Source: Centroscyllium fabricii | Lineage: Eukaryota | Length of the DNA: 64,000 nt | Direction of reading: 5' to 3' | NCBI GenBank assembly: GCA_051313645.2 | Contig: JBNRSN020000018.1 | Span: forward strand, 98,518,001 to 98,582,000 | Part shown: positions 35,271 through 47,099 of the stretch, piece by piece | Position numbering within the stretch: position 1 is the first letter of the stretch | How the letters are laid out: each line of letters opens with the position of its first letter | Notes under the pieces: model-generated | Database searches by the model: none | The model's input: only the letters and a program-made list of their open reading frames with translations | Told to the model about the DNA's origin: nothing | Made by a program: the position numbers and the translations under genes

Positions 35271-37249
35271 ATGACAAGCGGGAGGCCCAGAGCAGCTCCT
35301 TGCTTTGACAAGGCAGCACTGCAGGCATTAGTGGATGGGGCTAGGGCCAACAGGGAGGTCCTGTTCCCTTCATCAGAGAGGAAGAGGCCTCCCACTCAGA
35401 CCAAGGCAGTGTGGATGCAGATGGCTGAGGAGGTCAACCCCTTGGGAGTCACCCACAGAACCTGGACACACTGCAGGAAAAGATTTCATGACTTTCTGCA
35501 CACTGGAAAAGTGAGTATGAATTTTCCATCACCCTCAATCTGATCCCCATTGCCTTTCCTTACCAGCACTCAGCTTTAGCAATCTCTTCCTCCACATCCC
35601 ACTTGACATTGACATCCATGCACCCTTACCCATTCCCTCTCTCTCTATGCTCACATTCACATAACGATTGCACCATGCAGTCCTCACACTCCCTCTCACT
35701 CTGATGCTTTGAACACAACTCACAATACACAGGGAGGGCCCTTGGTCTTGCAACCTCACTCCATCTTTGTCTCCTTCTAAGTATCTATGCTATGCAATCT
35801 CTACACTCACTCCTTCATTCTCACTCAACTTCCACTTGTCTCCCTCATTGCAGGAAAAGAGAGCTCACAACAAAAGAGAGCGAGCCAGGACAGGCAGAGG
35901 AACAGCCTCAATAGCCCACCTGACCCCCTTGGAGGAGGCCATCCTGGAAATTATGGGAGATGGACAGATGGGTGTAACACAGCAAGCTGGTGACAGAACA
36001 TGTTCCCATCTCTCTCTTTGACATTGCATGAGTCGCTGATAATGATTATGAAGCTCGAACAGATGGAATTATGAGCATCTGGCAAAAGCTATGTGCATGT
36101 AGCCTTTGCATCACATCTCTGACTCTTTCCTTTACTCCCCCACAGGAACATCATAAACATCCATCTCCCCTAGCCAGGAAGAAGAGGCTGAGCAGCCAGA
36201 CTCCTCAGAGGAAGCTGCAACCTCTGAGGGTGCAGCATCAGCAGAATTCAGTGCACTCAGCACCAGCGCAGACACTCACACCTCAGTGGGACCTTCGGGA
36301 CATAGAGTAGTGTTGTCACCTGGTGTATCACAGCTCACAAGCGAGCTTCAGCAGATTGTGGAGACAGGGACAGCGGTGGAGAGTCCTAGTTGGAGGGCAC
36401 AGGACTCTGCCAGCTCAGCTCAGCAGCATGTCGACCCTCTGCCTCTGGGTTCATCCATAAGATCAGAGGTGATGGAACTCCAGGCACAGATGCAGGAGTC
36501 TCTGGCAGGTTTTGTCTCCAAGGTCGGTGCAAGTATGGAGTGAATGGAGGAGTTCATAATGAACATGAGCAGAGCCTTTGTGGAATATTTGGCGCATGAA
36601 CGCATCACCACAGAAAGGATGGCTACCTCCATGGAAATGATTGCTACCTCCGTGGTAAGGCTGGCTACCATAGAGGAGAGGATAGCTACGATAGAGGAGA
36701 GGATGGCTACGGCCACGGAGGAGCTTAGCTGCCAGGGTATGGAAAGCATGGTCAATGTTCAGAATAGAATGACATCTCTTGAGGAGCGATGGGCATCTAT
36801 TGAATAAAGAAACCAGACCTTCATGGAAGTCCATTGCAGATACGGGTCCCCATCGCCCCCCTTGTGTCCAGCAAGGTGCTCTCCAGCCACTTGCAGGCGC
36901 TGAGGGTGATCTGACCCATGAGAGGGAGGTTGATGGCAGACCTCAAGGAAGTGGGGGCTCCTCTCCAAGTGTTCACACTTCCATGCCACTGCAGCACCCT
37001 CGATCAGAGCCCCACCAGAGTCCACGCCCAAGTGAGATAGACGTCTCAACCCTGGCACAGCCGCAGGAGCAGCAGACTGCTGGAGCACCCTCACAGGCTC
37101 GCAACCCCAGAGGACGCCCGCCAAAGTTGTCGAGACAGGAGCAGCAGAAAAGTGAGCAAGGGGCCTCCACATCTGCTGAAATCACAGGGGAAGCACCAAG
37201 TAGGAGCACGTGTAAGAGGAAAGTTCTGCACAAATATTCAAAAGGGTAG
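35271..37249 (+). pseudogene. Harbinger Myb/SANT DNA-binding protein, 3 exons, with stops
   Basis: Exon 1 35271-35510 (ALQALVDG...W.QMAEEVN...W.HCRKRFHD, then GTGAGT). Exon 2 from 35854 (EKRAHNKRERARTG). Exon 3 from ~36146 with heptad repeats (RLATIEERIATIEERMAT). Confidence 0.8.
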
Positions 37250-37576
37250 TCACTTGGGTGCAATTTTGTGTTTATTGTAAAAATGTCATCACGTCATTAC
37301 TGAACATAAAAATTCTGATGGCAAATGTTGTAGTTGTGACATCTGTCGTTTTGCTATTGGGACTTCCACATTGAGGCCGTAGGAATATTTGCACCTGTCA
37401 GTATGGTGGTCAGAGTGCTAGGAATCCTCTGGTTCTTGGCCATTGTCAATGCTCTGTTAAGAAGCTGTGAGGCAAAAGTGTTTGATTGACTAGGCTAAGC
37501 AAATCTGGCCAGACTGAGTGCGTTCCTTGTATCCCAGGCAGCAATGTTCTCGGTAATGCTGCCGCTAGTTGATGGG

Positions 37577-40500
37577 TGACGTATCGTCAATTAACTCAAT
37601 AAAGCCAAAGACGAGTAGTGACCTTAACTACAGGCTTTTATTGACTTACTTAGGAGCAAAACTCCAAAAGAACAACAGGAACAGAATGAATTGGTCCGGT
37701 CAGTCCTCACCTATAAAGGGCCTCACCTGGGGGAGGAGTTAGAGGTGTGGCTGACCTGGCCCCACGACAGTGTCGCAACATCTTACTATATACAGTGGCA
37801 ATATTGGCACCAATATTACAGTGGTAATTAATATATATATGTGGTTACCACATTCACCCCTTCTTGAAAATTTAAGTCCGGCGGGGTGAATGGACAGAGC
37901 AGTTCATTATCAGCTTGTCCGGCGGTCGCATCTGTCTGGAGGACCGCCGGGGCTCTGGCAGAAGTTCCGTGTGGTCCGGCCCGCTCAGGTCCAGTGGTGG
38001 TGACAGCGGCGCTGGTGCCGAAACTTCAAATGCTGGTGGTAGTGGTTGATCCGAGCCATCCGAATGGTGGTCTTGAGCTGGCCACGGCTGCTGCTCTGGA
38101 TAACTTGGTGGCCACTGTAGGTGCAGGGGGTGTTCGAAATATCGTGGCTGCGCGGGCTGCTGCCCGACCAGTGGCTCTGCTGTGGTGCTCCCGGCGGGCG
38201 CTAGGTCCCTGATGGAGACGGTGCCCTCGTGCCCGTCCGGGAATTGCAAGTAGGCGTACTGTGGGTTGGCGTGCAGGAGCTGCACCTTGTCCACCAGGGG
38301 GTCGGTCTTGTGGCCGCGGACGTGTTTTCTAAGGAAGACCAGCCCCGGCACCGTGAGCCACGGTGGAAGAGCTGTCCCCGAAGTCGACTTCCTGGGAAAG
38401 GAAAACATTAAATCATGAGGGGTGGCGTTGGTGGCCGTACATAGCAGAGAGCGTATCGAGTGCAGCGCGTCGGGGAGGACTGCCTGCCAATGGGACACTG
38501 GAAGGCCTCTGGACTTCAGAGCCAGGGTGACCGCCTTCCAGATGATCCCATTCTCCCTTTCTACCTGGCCGTTCCCCCGGGGGTTGTAACTGGTCGTTCT
38601 GCTCGAGGCAACCCCTTTCTGGAGCAGAAACTGGCGCAGTTCATCGCTCATGAACGATGACCCCCGGTCGCTATGAATGTAGCTGGGGAGACCGAAAATG
38701 GCGAACAGCGTGGTGAAGTGTTTTATCACCGTTGTGCTCGTCATATCTGGGCAGGGGAAGGCGAAGGGGAAGCGGGAGAACTCGTCAACGACCGTGAGGA
38801 AGTATGAGTTGCGGTCGATGGAGGGGAGGGGGCTTTTGAAGTCCACGCTTAGACGTTCAAAGGGGCGGGTGGCCTTAATGAGGTGCGCCGTGTCTGGCCT
38901 GAAAAATTGGGGTTTGCACTCGGCGCAAACAGGGCACTCTCGAGTCATAGCCTTGATCTCCGTGATGGAGTAGGGGAGGCTACGGGATCTAACGAAGTGG
39001 GCGAGTCTGGTGACACCCGGGTGACAGAGGTGATCGTGGAGGTCATTCAGCCGGTCTAGCTGGGCACTGGCGCATGTTCCCCAGGACAGTGCGTCCGGGG
39101 GTTCATTGAGTTTGCCTGGTCGGTAAAGAATGTCATACTCGTAAGTCGAGAGCTCGATCCGCCACCGCAGGATCTTATCATTCTTGATCTTACCCTTTTG
39201 TTTATTATTAAACATAAACGCAACCGACCGTTGGTCGGTGAGTAGTGTAAAACGCTTACCGGCCAGGTAATGACGCCAATAGCGCACGGCCTCCACGATG
39301 GCCTGGGCCTCCTTTTCCACTGCAGAGTGGCGAATTTCGGGTCCCTGTAAGGTGCGGGAGAAAAACGCTACGGGCCTGCCTGCCTGATTCAGGGTGGCGG
39401 CAAGGGCAAAGTCCGAAGCATCACTCTCCACCTGGAAAGGGATGGATTCATCAACGGCGTGCATGGTCGCCTTGATGATGTCTTCCTTTATCCGGGCGAA
39501 TGCCGTTTGGGCTTCTACCGAGAGGGGGAAGGCGGCAGCCTTGAGGAGTGGTCTAGCCTTGTCCGCGAACTGTGGGACCCATTGTGCGTGTAGGAGAAAA
39601 ATCCTAGGCATCTCCTCAAGGCTTTGGGGTTGTGAGGAAGGGGCAGTTCCTGCAATGGGCGCATACGCTGTGGGTCGGGGCCGAGGACCCCATTCTCCAC
39701 CATGTATCCGAGGATGGCGAGCCGATCTGTATTAAAGACACATTTGTCTTTGTTATACGTTAGATCCAGCCGTTCCGCCGTGTCAAGGAATTTGGCCAGA
39801 TTGGCATCGTGGTCCTGCTGGTCATGGCCGCAGCTAGTCACGTTGTCCAGGTAGGGGAAGGTGGCCCGCAACCCGTTCTGGTCAACCATTCGGTCCATCT
39901 CCCGTTGGAACACTGACACACCGTTGGTCACACCGAAGGGGACCCGGAGGAAGTGGTAGAGCCGACCGTTCGCCTCGAAGGCGGTGTACGAGCGGTCGGC
40001 TTTCCGGATCGGGAGTTGGTGATACGGCGCCTTAAGGTCGATTGTGGAGAACACCTTATATTGGGCGATCTGGTTGACCATGTCTGAGATGTGGGGGAGG
40101 GGGTAGGCATCGAGCCCGGTGTAGCGGTTAATAGTCTGGCTGTAATCGATAACCAGCCGCTGTTTCTCGCCAGTCTTCACCACTACAACCTGGGCCCGCC
40201 AGGGGCAGGTGCTGGCTTCAATTATCCCCTCCTTCAGCATACGCCCGACCTCCGACCTGATAAATGTCCGATCCCCCACACTGTACCGCCGACTCTTGGT
40301 AGCAATAGGCCTGCAGTTGGGGTCGAGATTGGCGAACAGTGAGGGGGGGGTCGATTTTCAGGGTTGAGAGGCCGCAGGCCGGGCTCCGCTTTGGGAAGGG
40401 ACTGTCCCGGCTACTGACGGTGAGGGGGGGCAGGGTCCCGCCGAATTCCATTGTCACGCTCTTAAGGTGGTACTGGAAATCCAGTCCCAGTAAGGTTGGG

Positions 40501-42445
40501 GCGCACAGTTGCTTGAGGATGTACAACTTAAAGTTGCGGTACACACAACCCTTGACTGGGAGCGTGACGGAGCAGTAGCCGGTGACGTCCGCGGTGTGGG
40601 ACTGTGAAGCAAGGGAGACTTGGTAGCTCGTGGGCAGGATCTGCAGTCCATAGCGCCGCGCTGTATCAGGGTGGATGAAGCTCTCTGTGCTTCCAGTGTC
40701 GAACAGGCAATTGGTAGTATGGCCGTTCACTTTAATCTGCATAATCGAGTTCGATAGGTTGTGCGGCCTAGCCTGGTCGACTTTTGGTATGGCTGAGGCC
40801 GAGGTGTGTGTTTGTGTGTGGGGGCCCCCTGCTGGTTGGGGCTGAACACAAGATGGCGGCGCCCGTGGTTCACACATGGCGGGCCGCTGGAGACAAGATG
40901 GCGGCGCCGGGGGTCGCACATGGCGGGCCGCTGGAGACAAGATGGCGGCGCCGAGGGGTCGCACATGGCGGGCCGTTGGAGGCAAGATGGTGGCGCCCGT
41001 GGTTCGCACGCGGCTGACCGATGTGAGCGCGCTGGCGGCGCCCGTGGTTTGCACGCAGCGGGCCGCGGTGGCTGGGTTGGCGGTGCCCGTGGTTCGCACG
41101 CAGCGAGCCGCGGTGGTTGGGTTGGCGGTGCCCGTGATTCGCACGCAGCGGGCCGCGCTGGGCGTGCTGCCGGCGTTGGGTGGTCGCGCCTGGCCGGCCG
41201 TGGCTGAGCTTGGCGTGCCGTGGGTGCAGCCGGCCTTTGCCGCATCAGGGTGGGAGATGGGGGTGCTTTTCCTCTACCCCCGGACCGTCGCTGGAAGGCA
41301 CTGCAATTGCAGCTTACCTGAGGCCTGGCGGTGCTTTCGCAGACTGCGCTGTTGTACCTGGAGTTGGGCGCTGGGGCTGATCTGCAGGCCTTTTCATAGT
41401 ATCCCTTCTTGGAGCACCTCTCGCAGGTCACGGTCTTCGCTGGGCATCTCGCCCGTGGATGTAATCCCTGGCCGCAGAAGTAGCACTTTCTGTCCGCCTG
41501 CGTCTTTGCGGCTGTCGCTGCCATCGTGGGGGTCTCGGCCCATTGTGGTGCTGCCCAGGCCTGGGCCCGTTGTGGTGCAGCCCACGCGTTGTAGACCTGC
41601 AGGTTTGTGCCGCTGTACGCCTGCAGCTTGTTGCGTGCACCTTCTACCGAGTTCGCGATGGAGATCGCTTCCTCTAGGGTTAGGGAGTCTTTTTCTAGCA
41701 GCCGCTGGTGGGCCTCAACGCACCTTAGGCCTGTTACGTAGGCATCACGGACGAGGAGATTCGCCTCCTCCTCTGCTGTCCGTGGTTGGCAGCCACAGAC
41801 CCGTACCAGGGCCTGGAGTGCTTGCTCGAACTGTTCATTCGACTCACCCGGTAGTTGTGGTCTGGTCGCGAGCACATGTCTGGCGTAGACAGAGTGGACC
41901 GGGCGCTCGTAGCATTTTCGCAGTTTCTCCACTGCCGCTGGGTACGTTTTGGCGTCCCGGATGAGGGAGAATACTCGGCTGGAGATCCTGGACCGGAGAA
42001 CCTGTAGCTTGTTCCCGTCGGTTGTAGCCTTGGCGGTGTCCATGTAGGCCTCCAGGAGACCGAACCAGTGTTCGAAGGTAGTGGCGGCGGCTGGGTCCTG
42101 TGGACTGGTGTCCAGCTTCTCTGGTTTTACCGCACCGCTCTCCATTTCGAATTTTTAAGTCAATAAAATTGACGTATCGTCAATTAACTCAATAAAGCCA
42201 AAGACGAGTAGTGACCTTAACTATAGGCTTTTATTGACTTACTTAGGAGCTATGCTCCAAACGAACAACAGGAACAGAATGAACTGGTCCGGTCAGTCCT
42301 CACCTATAAAGGGCCTCACCTGGGGGAGGAGTTAGAGGTGTGGCTGACCTGGCCCCACGACAGTGTCGCAACATCTTACTATATACAGTGGCAATATTGG
42401 CACCAATATTACAGTGGTAATTAATACATATATGTGGTTACCACA
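37577..42445 (-). mobile_element. full-length Gypsy element B (tRNA-PBS-less lineage), frameshifted
   Basis: 276-bp LTRs 37577-37852 and 42170-42445. TSD ATGGG. ORFs 42145-40727, 41144-40218, 40279-39515 and 39611-37872. Confidence 0.96.
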
Positions 42446-44470
42446 ATGGGCCTCTGCAGGATATTCACTTTTGCACTCCTCCTCCTCATCTGAGGACGAT
42501 ATGTGAGGAGCCACTTGGTCCTCAGGAATCTGCAAGCCATGATGCTGTGCCATGTTGTGAAGTGCACAGCAAACCACAACGATACTGGAGAACCTGGCTG
42601 CTGAGTATTGTAGGGCTCCACCTGATCTATCCAGACATCTGAAGCGCATCTTCAGCAAACTGATGATTTGCTCAATAATGGATCTGGTGGAAATGTGGCT
42701 GGAATTTTAGCGCTCCTCAGCTTCATTGGCTGGCCTCCTCAATGGCGTCATTAGTCATGTCCTCAGGGGATAGCCCTTGTCTCCAAGTAGCCATCCATTA
42801 AGTTGGTTTGGCGGACTGAATAACGGAGGCACACTAGACTGACGCAGTATGAAGGAGTCATGGCAACTGCCAGGGTACATGGCACAAACATGCAAAATTT
42901 CCTTCTTGTGGTCACACACCAGCTGAACTTTGAGGGTTAACAAAAATACCTGGATTGCAATGGAGTGCCCTAAGGGCCACATGTGTGCAGTTAATGACAC
43001 CCTGCACCCTTGGAAAGCCTGCCAGATTAGCTAATCCAACTGCTCGCGCCGTGACAATTGCTCAATCCTTGGTGAAATGGATGTGATTGCGTGCGAGGGC
43101 AAAGAGGGCATCGGTTACCTGCGTGATGCAAGTGTGTGCAGCCGTCTGGGAGATGCCGCTGATGTCTGCTGCTGATCCCTGGAATGAGCATGAGGCAAAA
43201 GATTTGAGTGCGGTGGTGACTTTGGCCACTGGTAATGCTTGTCCACCTTGTAGGATTCTCAAAATTCCCACACCCCTCACAGTTATTAATAATAAAAACT
43301 GTATGAAGAAAAGGACTTCCAGCAAAAGGCTGTGAGTTTTAAAACAGACAACAGGCCCATGGCCAAGGTCAAGGGGCATGGAATGTGATATACCTGAAAC
43401 CAGAAAACCAGTCTTGCATACCAGACAGACAGCAGGGAGCTCAATACACTTCCAAACAGACAGGATCCGGAGATGATGTGATTTCACAAACTTGATAACA
43501 ATTAAGGCTGGTGCATAAATGGGCACCCCTCGTTAACTTGGCCATTAAAGCAGAAACCAGTAACTCGAACTTTTTGCATAACTAAAACTTTCAAACTTCA
43601 GAACAATTCAAACATCGATACTGGACAGTTGACACCTCCCAGAACAAAGTGCCCAAAATGACAGGGCCATTAAGGGAGGGGACCACCATCCCGAAACTCG
43701 TTAAGATCAATGGCCATAATCGTTTTTGCAAGCCCTCCAAAACTTGGACAATAGCCTGACTTTGATTGGCACGAGATAAGAGACACAGATTTTGTTTAAC
43801 TGTGAGGCCCCAAAAGGCAAGCAGGCAGATATTCAACAGGAGATTCGGAAGACAAGAAGGCAAAATGCAACAAGAAGTCAGCGAAGCATCTGGGCAGGAG
43901 GAGGAGCAGTCAGAAAACGAAACCCGAAGTCCCTGTGCATAATTTGAAGGGCTGGGTAAAAGACAGTACTCTCTCTGAGCAAAGCAGCAAAGAGAAATCA
44001 ATCAGCAACAGGTATCACGCAGTTCCTGAGGGAGAGCGACCACGTGACAGCGGCAGACCCCTAGGGACAGGAAGCAGCAAACTCCAAACTCACAACGGCA
44101 GTGGCAGAATTTTGGCTTGGTGAGCATGAATCCCTGGGCTTCTCATAGCCAAATCTAGCTAGGTAATAGGGGTGGGACCAGGTTAAAGGGGAATAAATTT
44201 AACTGTGATTTTTCCCTCATTGTGCCATATGTTCCCCATTCCCAGTTATTATATCTTGTTTATAAGTTTAGTCCTGTAAGATAACTTGTCATAATTTTCT
44301 CTGTTATAAAGTTCGATTGTGATGATTTTTAATAAAAACAGTTTTCTTGCACCGAACCTGTTGTCCATTCCATTTTGTGTATCGCAAACCTGCACCTGAG
44401 TCCAGTGTCTAGAACCTCAGGGGAGTGGGAGCGATTCGAGTCAGAGGCAAAGCAGACCCCCACAAGGCCA

Positions 44471-45490
44471 GCATGGACGCGATGGGCCGAAGGGCCTCTT
44501 TCTGTGCTGTAAAACTCTACGGGCGCGAAATTCGTGAGCGCATGATTTGGGTGCTAAAATGGGCACAGCACTAAAATTAGCACCAGCGTTAAATTAGCGC
44601 CAGAGCGCTCGATATTCAATTCTGCGCCGGCCTTGCAGATTGCAGCGCTAAATCTAGCATTGCACAGGTGCAAATACCCAATTTTATGCCGCTAATTGCC
44701 GATCGCAGGCGCAGCGCTTCTTCACCAACTCCTTGCTTTCCCATGAACTCTGGAGCTGGACAGGTCTTAAATGGGGTAGGGGAAACAGTGCATGATGTGT
44801 CGGCACCCCTCCCTCATCATCTCCCCGATCTCGCCCGACCCCCCCTCATCAACTCCCCGATGTCGCCTGACCCCGCTCATCAACTCCCTGATCTCACCCG
44901 ACCCCCCTCATCAACTCCCCGATCTTGCCCGACCCCCCTCGGCATCTGCCCGACCCCGATCTCGCCCGACCCCCCTCAGCAACTGGCCGACCCCGATCTC
45001 GCCCAACCCCCCGCAGCAACTGGCCGATCTTGGGCCGCCCGACCCCCCTCATCATCTGCCCGATCTTGGGCTGACCCCCCTCCCGCAGCATCTGGCCGAT
45101 CTCGGGCTGACCCCACTCCTGCAGCAACTGGCCTATCTCGGGCCGAAGAGGCTACCAAGGAAAGGGAGGGTCGCACTTTTAGCAGCGCTGCTGCGGCCAC
45201 TCAGACCCTCAGCAGCGCTTATCAAAGCTGGCGCTGGCAGCGCTGCACCGGGGGGACTGTCGCAACAGCGAATATCATGCGCAGCCCGGCGGGCGGGCGT
45301 TGCACCCGGATTTGCATGACGATTGCTGATCGCAAATTAACGCGTGCTAACAGTTAGCGGCGGCACTAGTCGGGTGGCGAATTTAGTGCCTGGCGCTAAA
45401 TTTTGTGCGCTCAGCGCAAAACCCTCCTGCGCCCATTTTCTGGTGTTAATCAGCCGACGCTAAGGCGCCAATTTCACGCCCTATGACTCT
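44471..45490 (+). mobile_element. CR1 3' tip (~60 bp net) inside the solo LTR
   Basis: GATGGGCCGAAGGGCCTCTTTCTGTGCTGTAAAACTCTA...TGACTCT; TSD AAGGCCA (44464-44470, 45491-45497). Confidence 0.75.
44521..45481. mobile_element. non-autonomous Harbinger element (MITE) with internal minisatellite
   Basis: TIRs GGGCGCGAAATT / AATTTCACGCCC. 3-bp flanks TAC/TAT. Repeats of CCGATCTCGCCCGACCCCCC at ~44810-45140. Confidence 0.8.
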
Positions 45491-47099
45491 AAGGCCACCC
45501 CCTTACAACCTGGTCCTCTGGGCAGCAGGTCTTGCACAGATGTCAGTCACTACCTCTCACGAAAGTCGGAGCCGCCTTTGGCACTGCTGCTCAGACATGT
45601 TGAGGTAGCTGACCCTGTGTCTGTAGACCCTGTTTGGGGGGCATCTCCTGTGCCAACGGGCTTCCAGGCGCTGGCCCCTTCTGGCCTGTGCAGCTTCAGG
45701 TGGGTGAGCAGCAGCCTGTTGCTCCTGCTGCTGCTGTTGCTGTTGGTGGTGCTGCTGCTGTTGTTGTTCCTGGTTCTGCTGGTGCCGCGGCTGGTGCTCG
45801 AGCTCCTCTAATGCCCAGATGGGAAGGAAATAAATGGCTCCCATGATTCTGGTATATGCCTCCGTTGAGGAAGCGCTGAGTGAAGGTGGCGAGAGCGATT
45901 TCCCCAGGCAGTCTCACTGGAGATGGGTGTGAGGCTCCAACCTTCCACAGGTGTGGTTAAGCCTTCTAAAAGTTGCCCCAGACCTGAGACCACCTGCAAA
46001 TCATGGCTGATCAAATCTCTTCTTTAATGGTTGACCTGCAGTTGATAGTCAGCAATCCAATAACGCTCCCGCCAGGTTTCACATTCGTGTTTCCCACCAG
46101 GCGTGTTTCATGTGAGAAAAGGGTTACATTTGCAAGGGCCTTTCAAAATAGAATTATTGAGGCCATTTAGTGGTTGTTAAGGGACTTGGATGGGGGACGG
46201 AGCCGGGACCATCAGACACAACTGAGTTAAAATTGCTCAGAATCGGGAACCAGGCAGGGGGGTCCCGCCCGCCAGTTTTTGCGATTTTAACCCCCTGCAC
46301 GCCTCCAAGCCCGCCTCCATGGCTCAATGGAAATCGAGGCCTTAAGCTGGGTAAACACTAAAAATGTAGGCCTCATCTAAACATGCAATCTACATATTAC
46401 GTATCTACATATTACATAAGCACAGGCTAAGGTTTTATTTTATCGTATAAAACTAGAACCAGGTCCCCTTTTAGGCAGAGCGTTCTCGAAGGTTGGGAAC
46501 TAGGCACTCCAGGACTTGTGTTACCCTCTAACATCAGAGAGTTCTCAGAGTCTGGGAACCAGGTTGTATTCTTTGCCTGTCATTTAATATAAATGGAAGA
46601 CCAAATCAGTCAGTGTAATAAAGCCTGTTATTATATAAACCACTCGTGCGTGAATCATAAGCAGAGTTATTGTCGCCAGACTAGCAACCCTCTGTAACCA
46701 CTAAGAAATCTGCTAACAAGTCCTATTTAATAAATACATATTGGCATATTAGGAAAAAGAGCACTATTTAACAAATCAAAAATGTGTCAGGATTTATTAA
46801 TCATACAGGTATAAGTCATCGATTTAATTAATTCCAACAAATATATAAAGGTTCTAATCAATATTTTAAATAGACACGCACTATACATGTACTGTACATA
46901 TTATATTGATTTAAATAGTAAAAACATTGATTTTGTAAACCAGGCAGAGAGATTGCAAGGATATTTATAATCCCATGTGACAAATATATCAAAGAAACAT
47001 ACCTCCTCTTCCATTCATTCCCTCTAAATTCCTAGAAATATTTTATTATTAATGAGTGCAATTGAGAACTATTTTTATTAGCTACCCAGATACACAGAC

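Larger units (their letters stand above)
43249..45507 (+). repeat. long solo LTR (~1.23 kb net), ERV- or Gypsy-derived
   Basis: TGTAGG...CTTACA. 4-bp TSD ACCT (43245-43248, 45508-45511). AATAAA at 44331. Interrupts the transposase. Confidence 0.85.
37480..45844 (-). pseudogene. Harbinger (HARBI1-like) DDE transposase, split by nested insertions
   Basis: Segments 45844-45512 (YRHRVSYLNMSEQQCQRRLRLS), 43248-42446 ([37 protein letters not shown]) and below 37577. Confidence 0.88.
34990..46345. mobile_element. decayed autonomous-type PIF/Harbinger DNA transposon with convergent Myb/SANT and DDE transposase genes (ends approximate)
   Basis: Myb/SANT gene on + and HARBI1-like transposase on -. 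Terminal inverted repeats (TIRs) not resolved. Confidence 0.8.

Noticed and set aside
44668-45357. Pro-rich 229-aa and 175-aa ORFs
   Set aside because: By-products of the stop-poor minisatellite inside a MITE.
35271-45844. Domesticated host HARBI1/NAIF1/MSANTD genes
   Set aside because: Both genes carry stops, frameshifts and insertions, and a second copy lies at 5397-5693; they are transposon relics.
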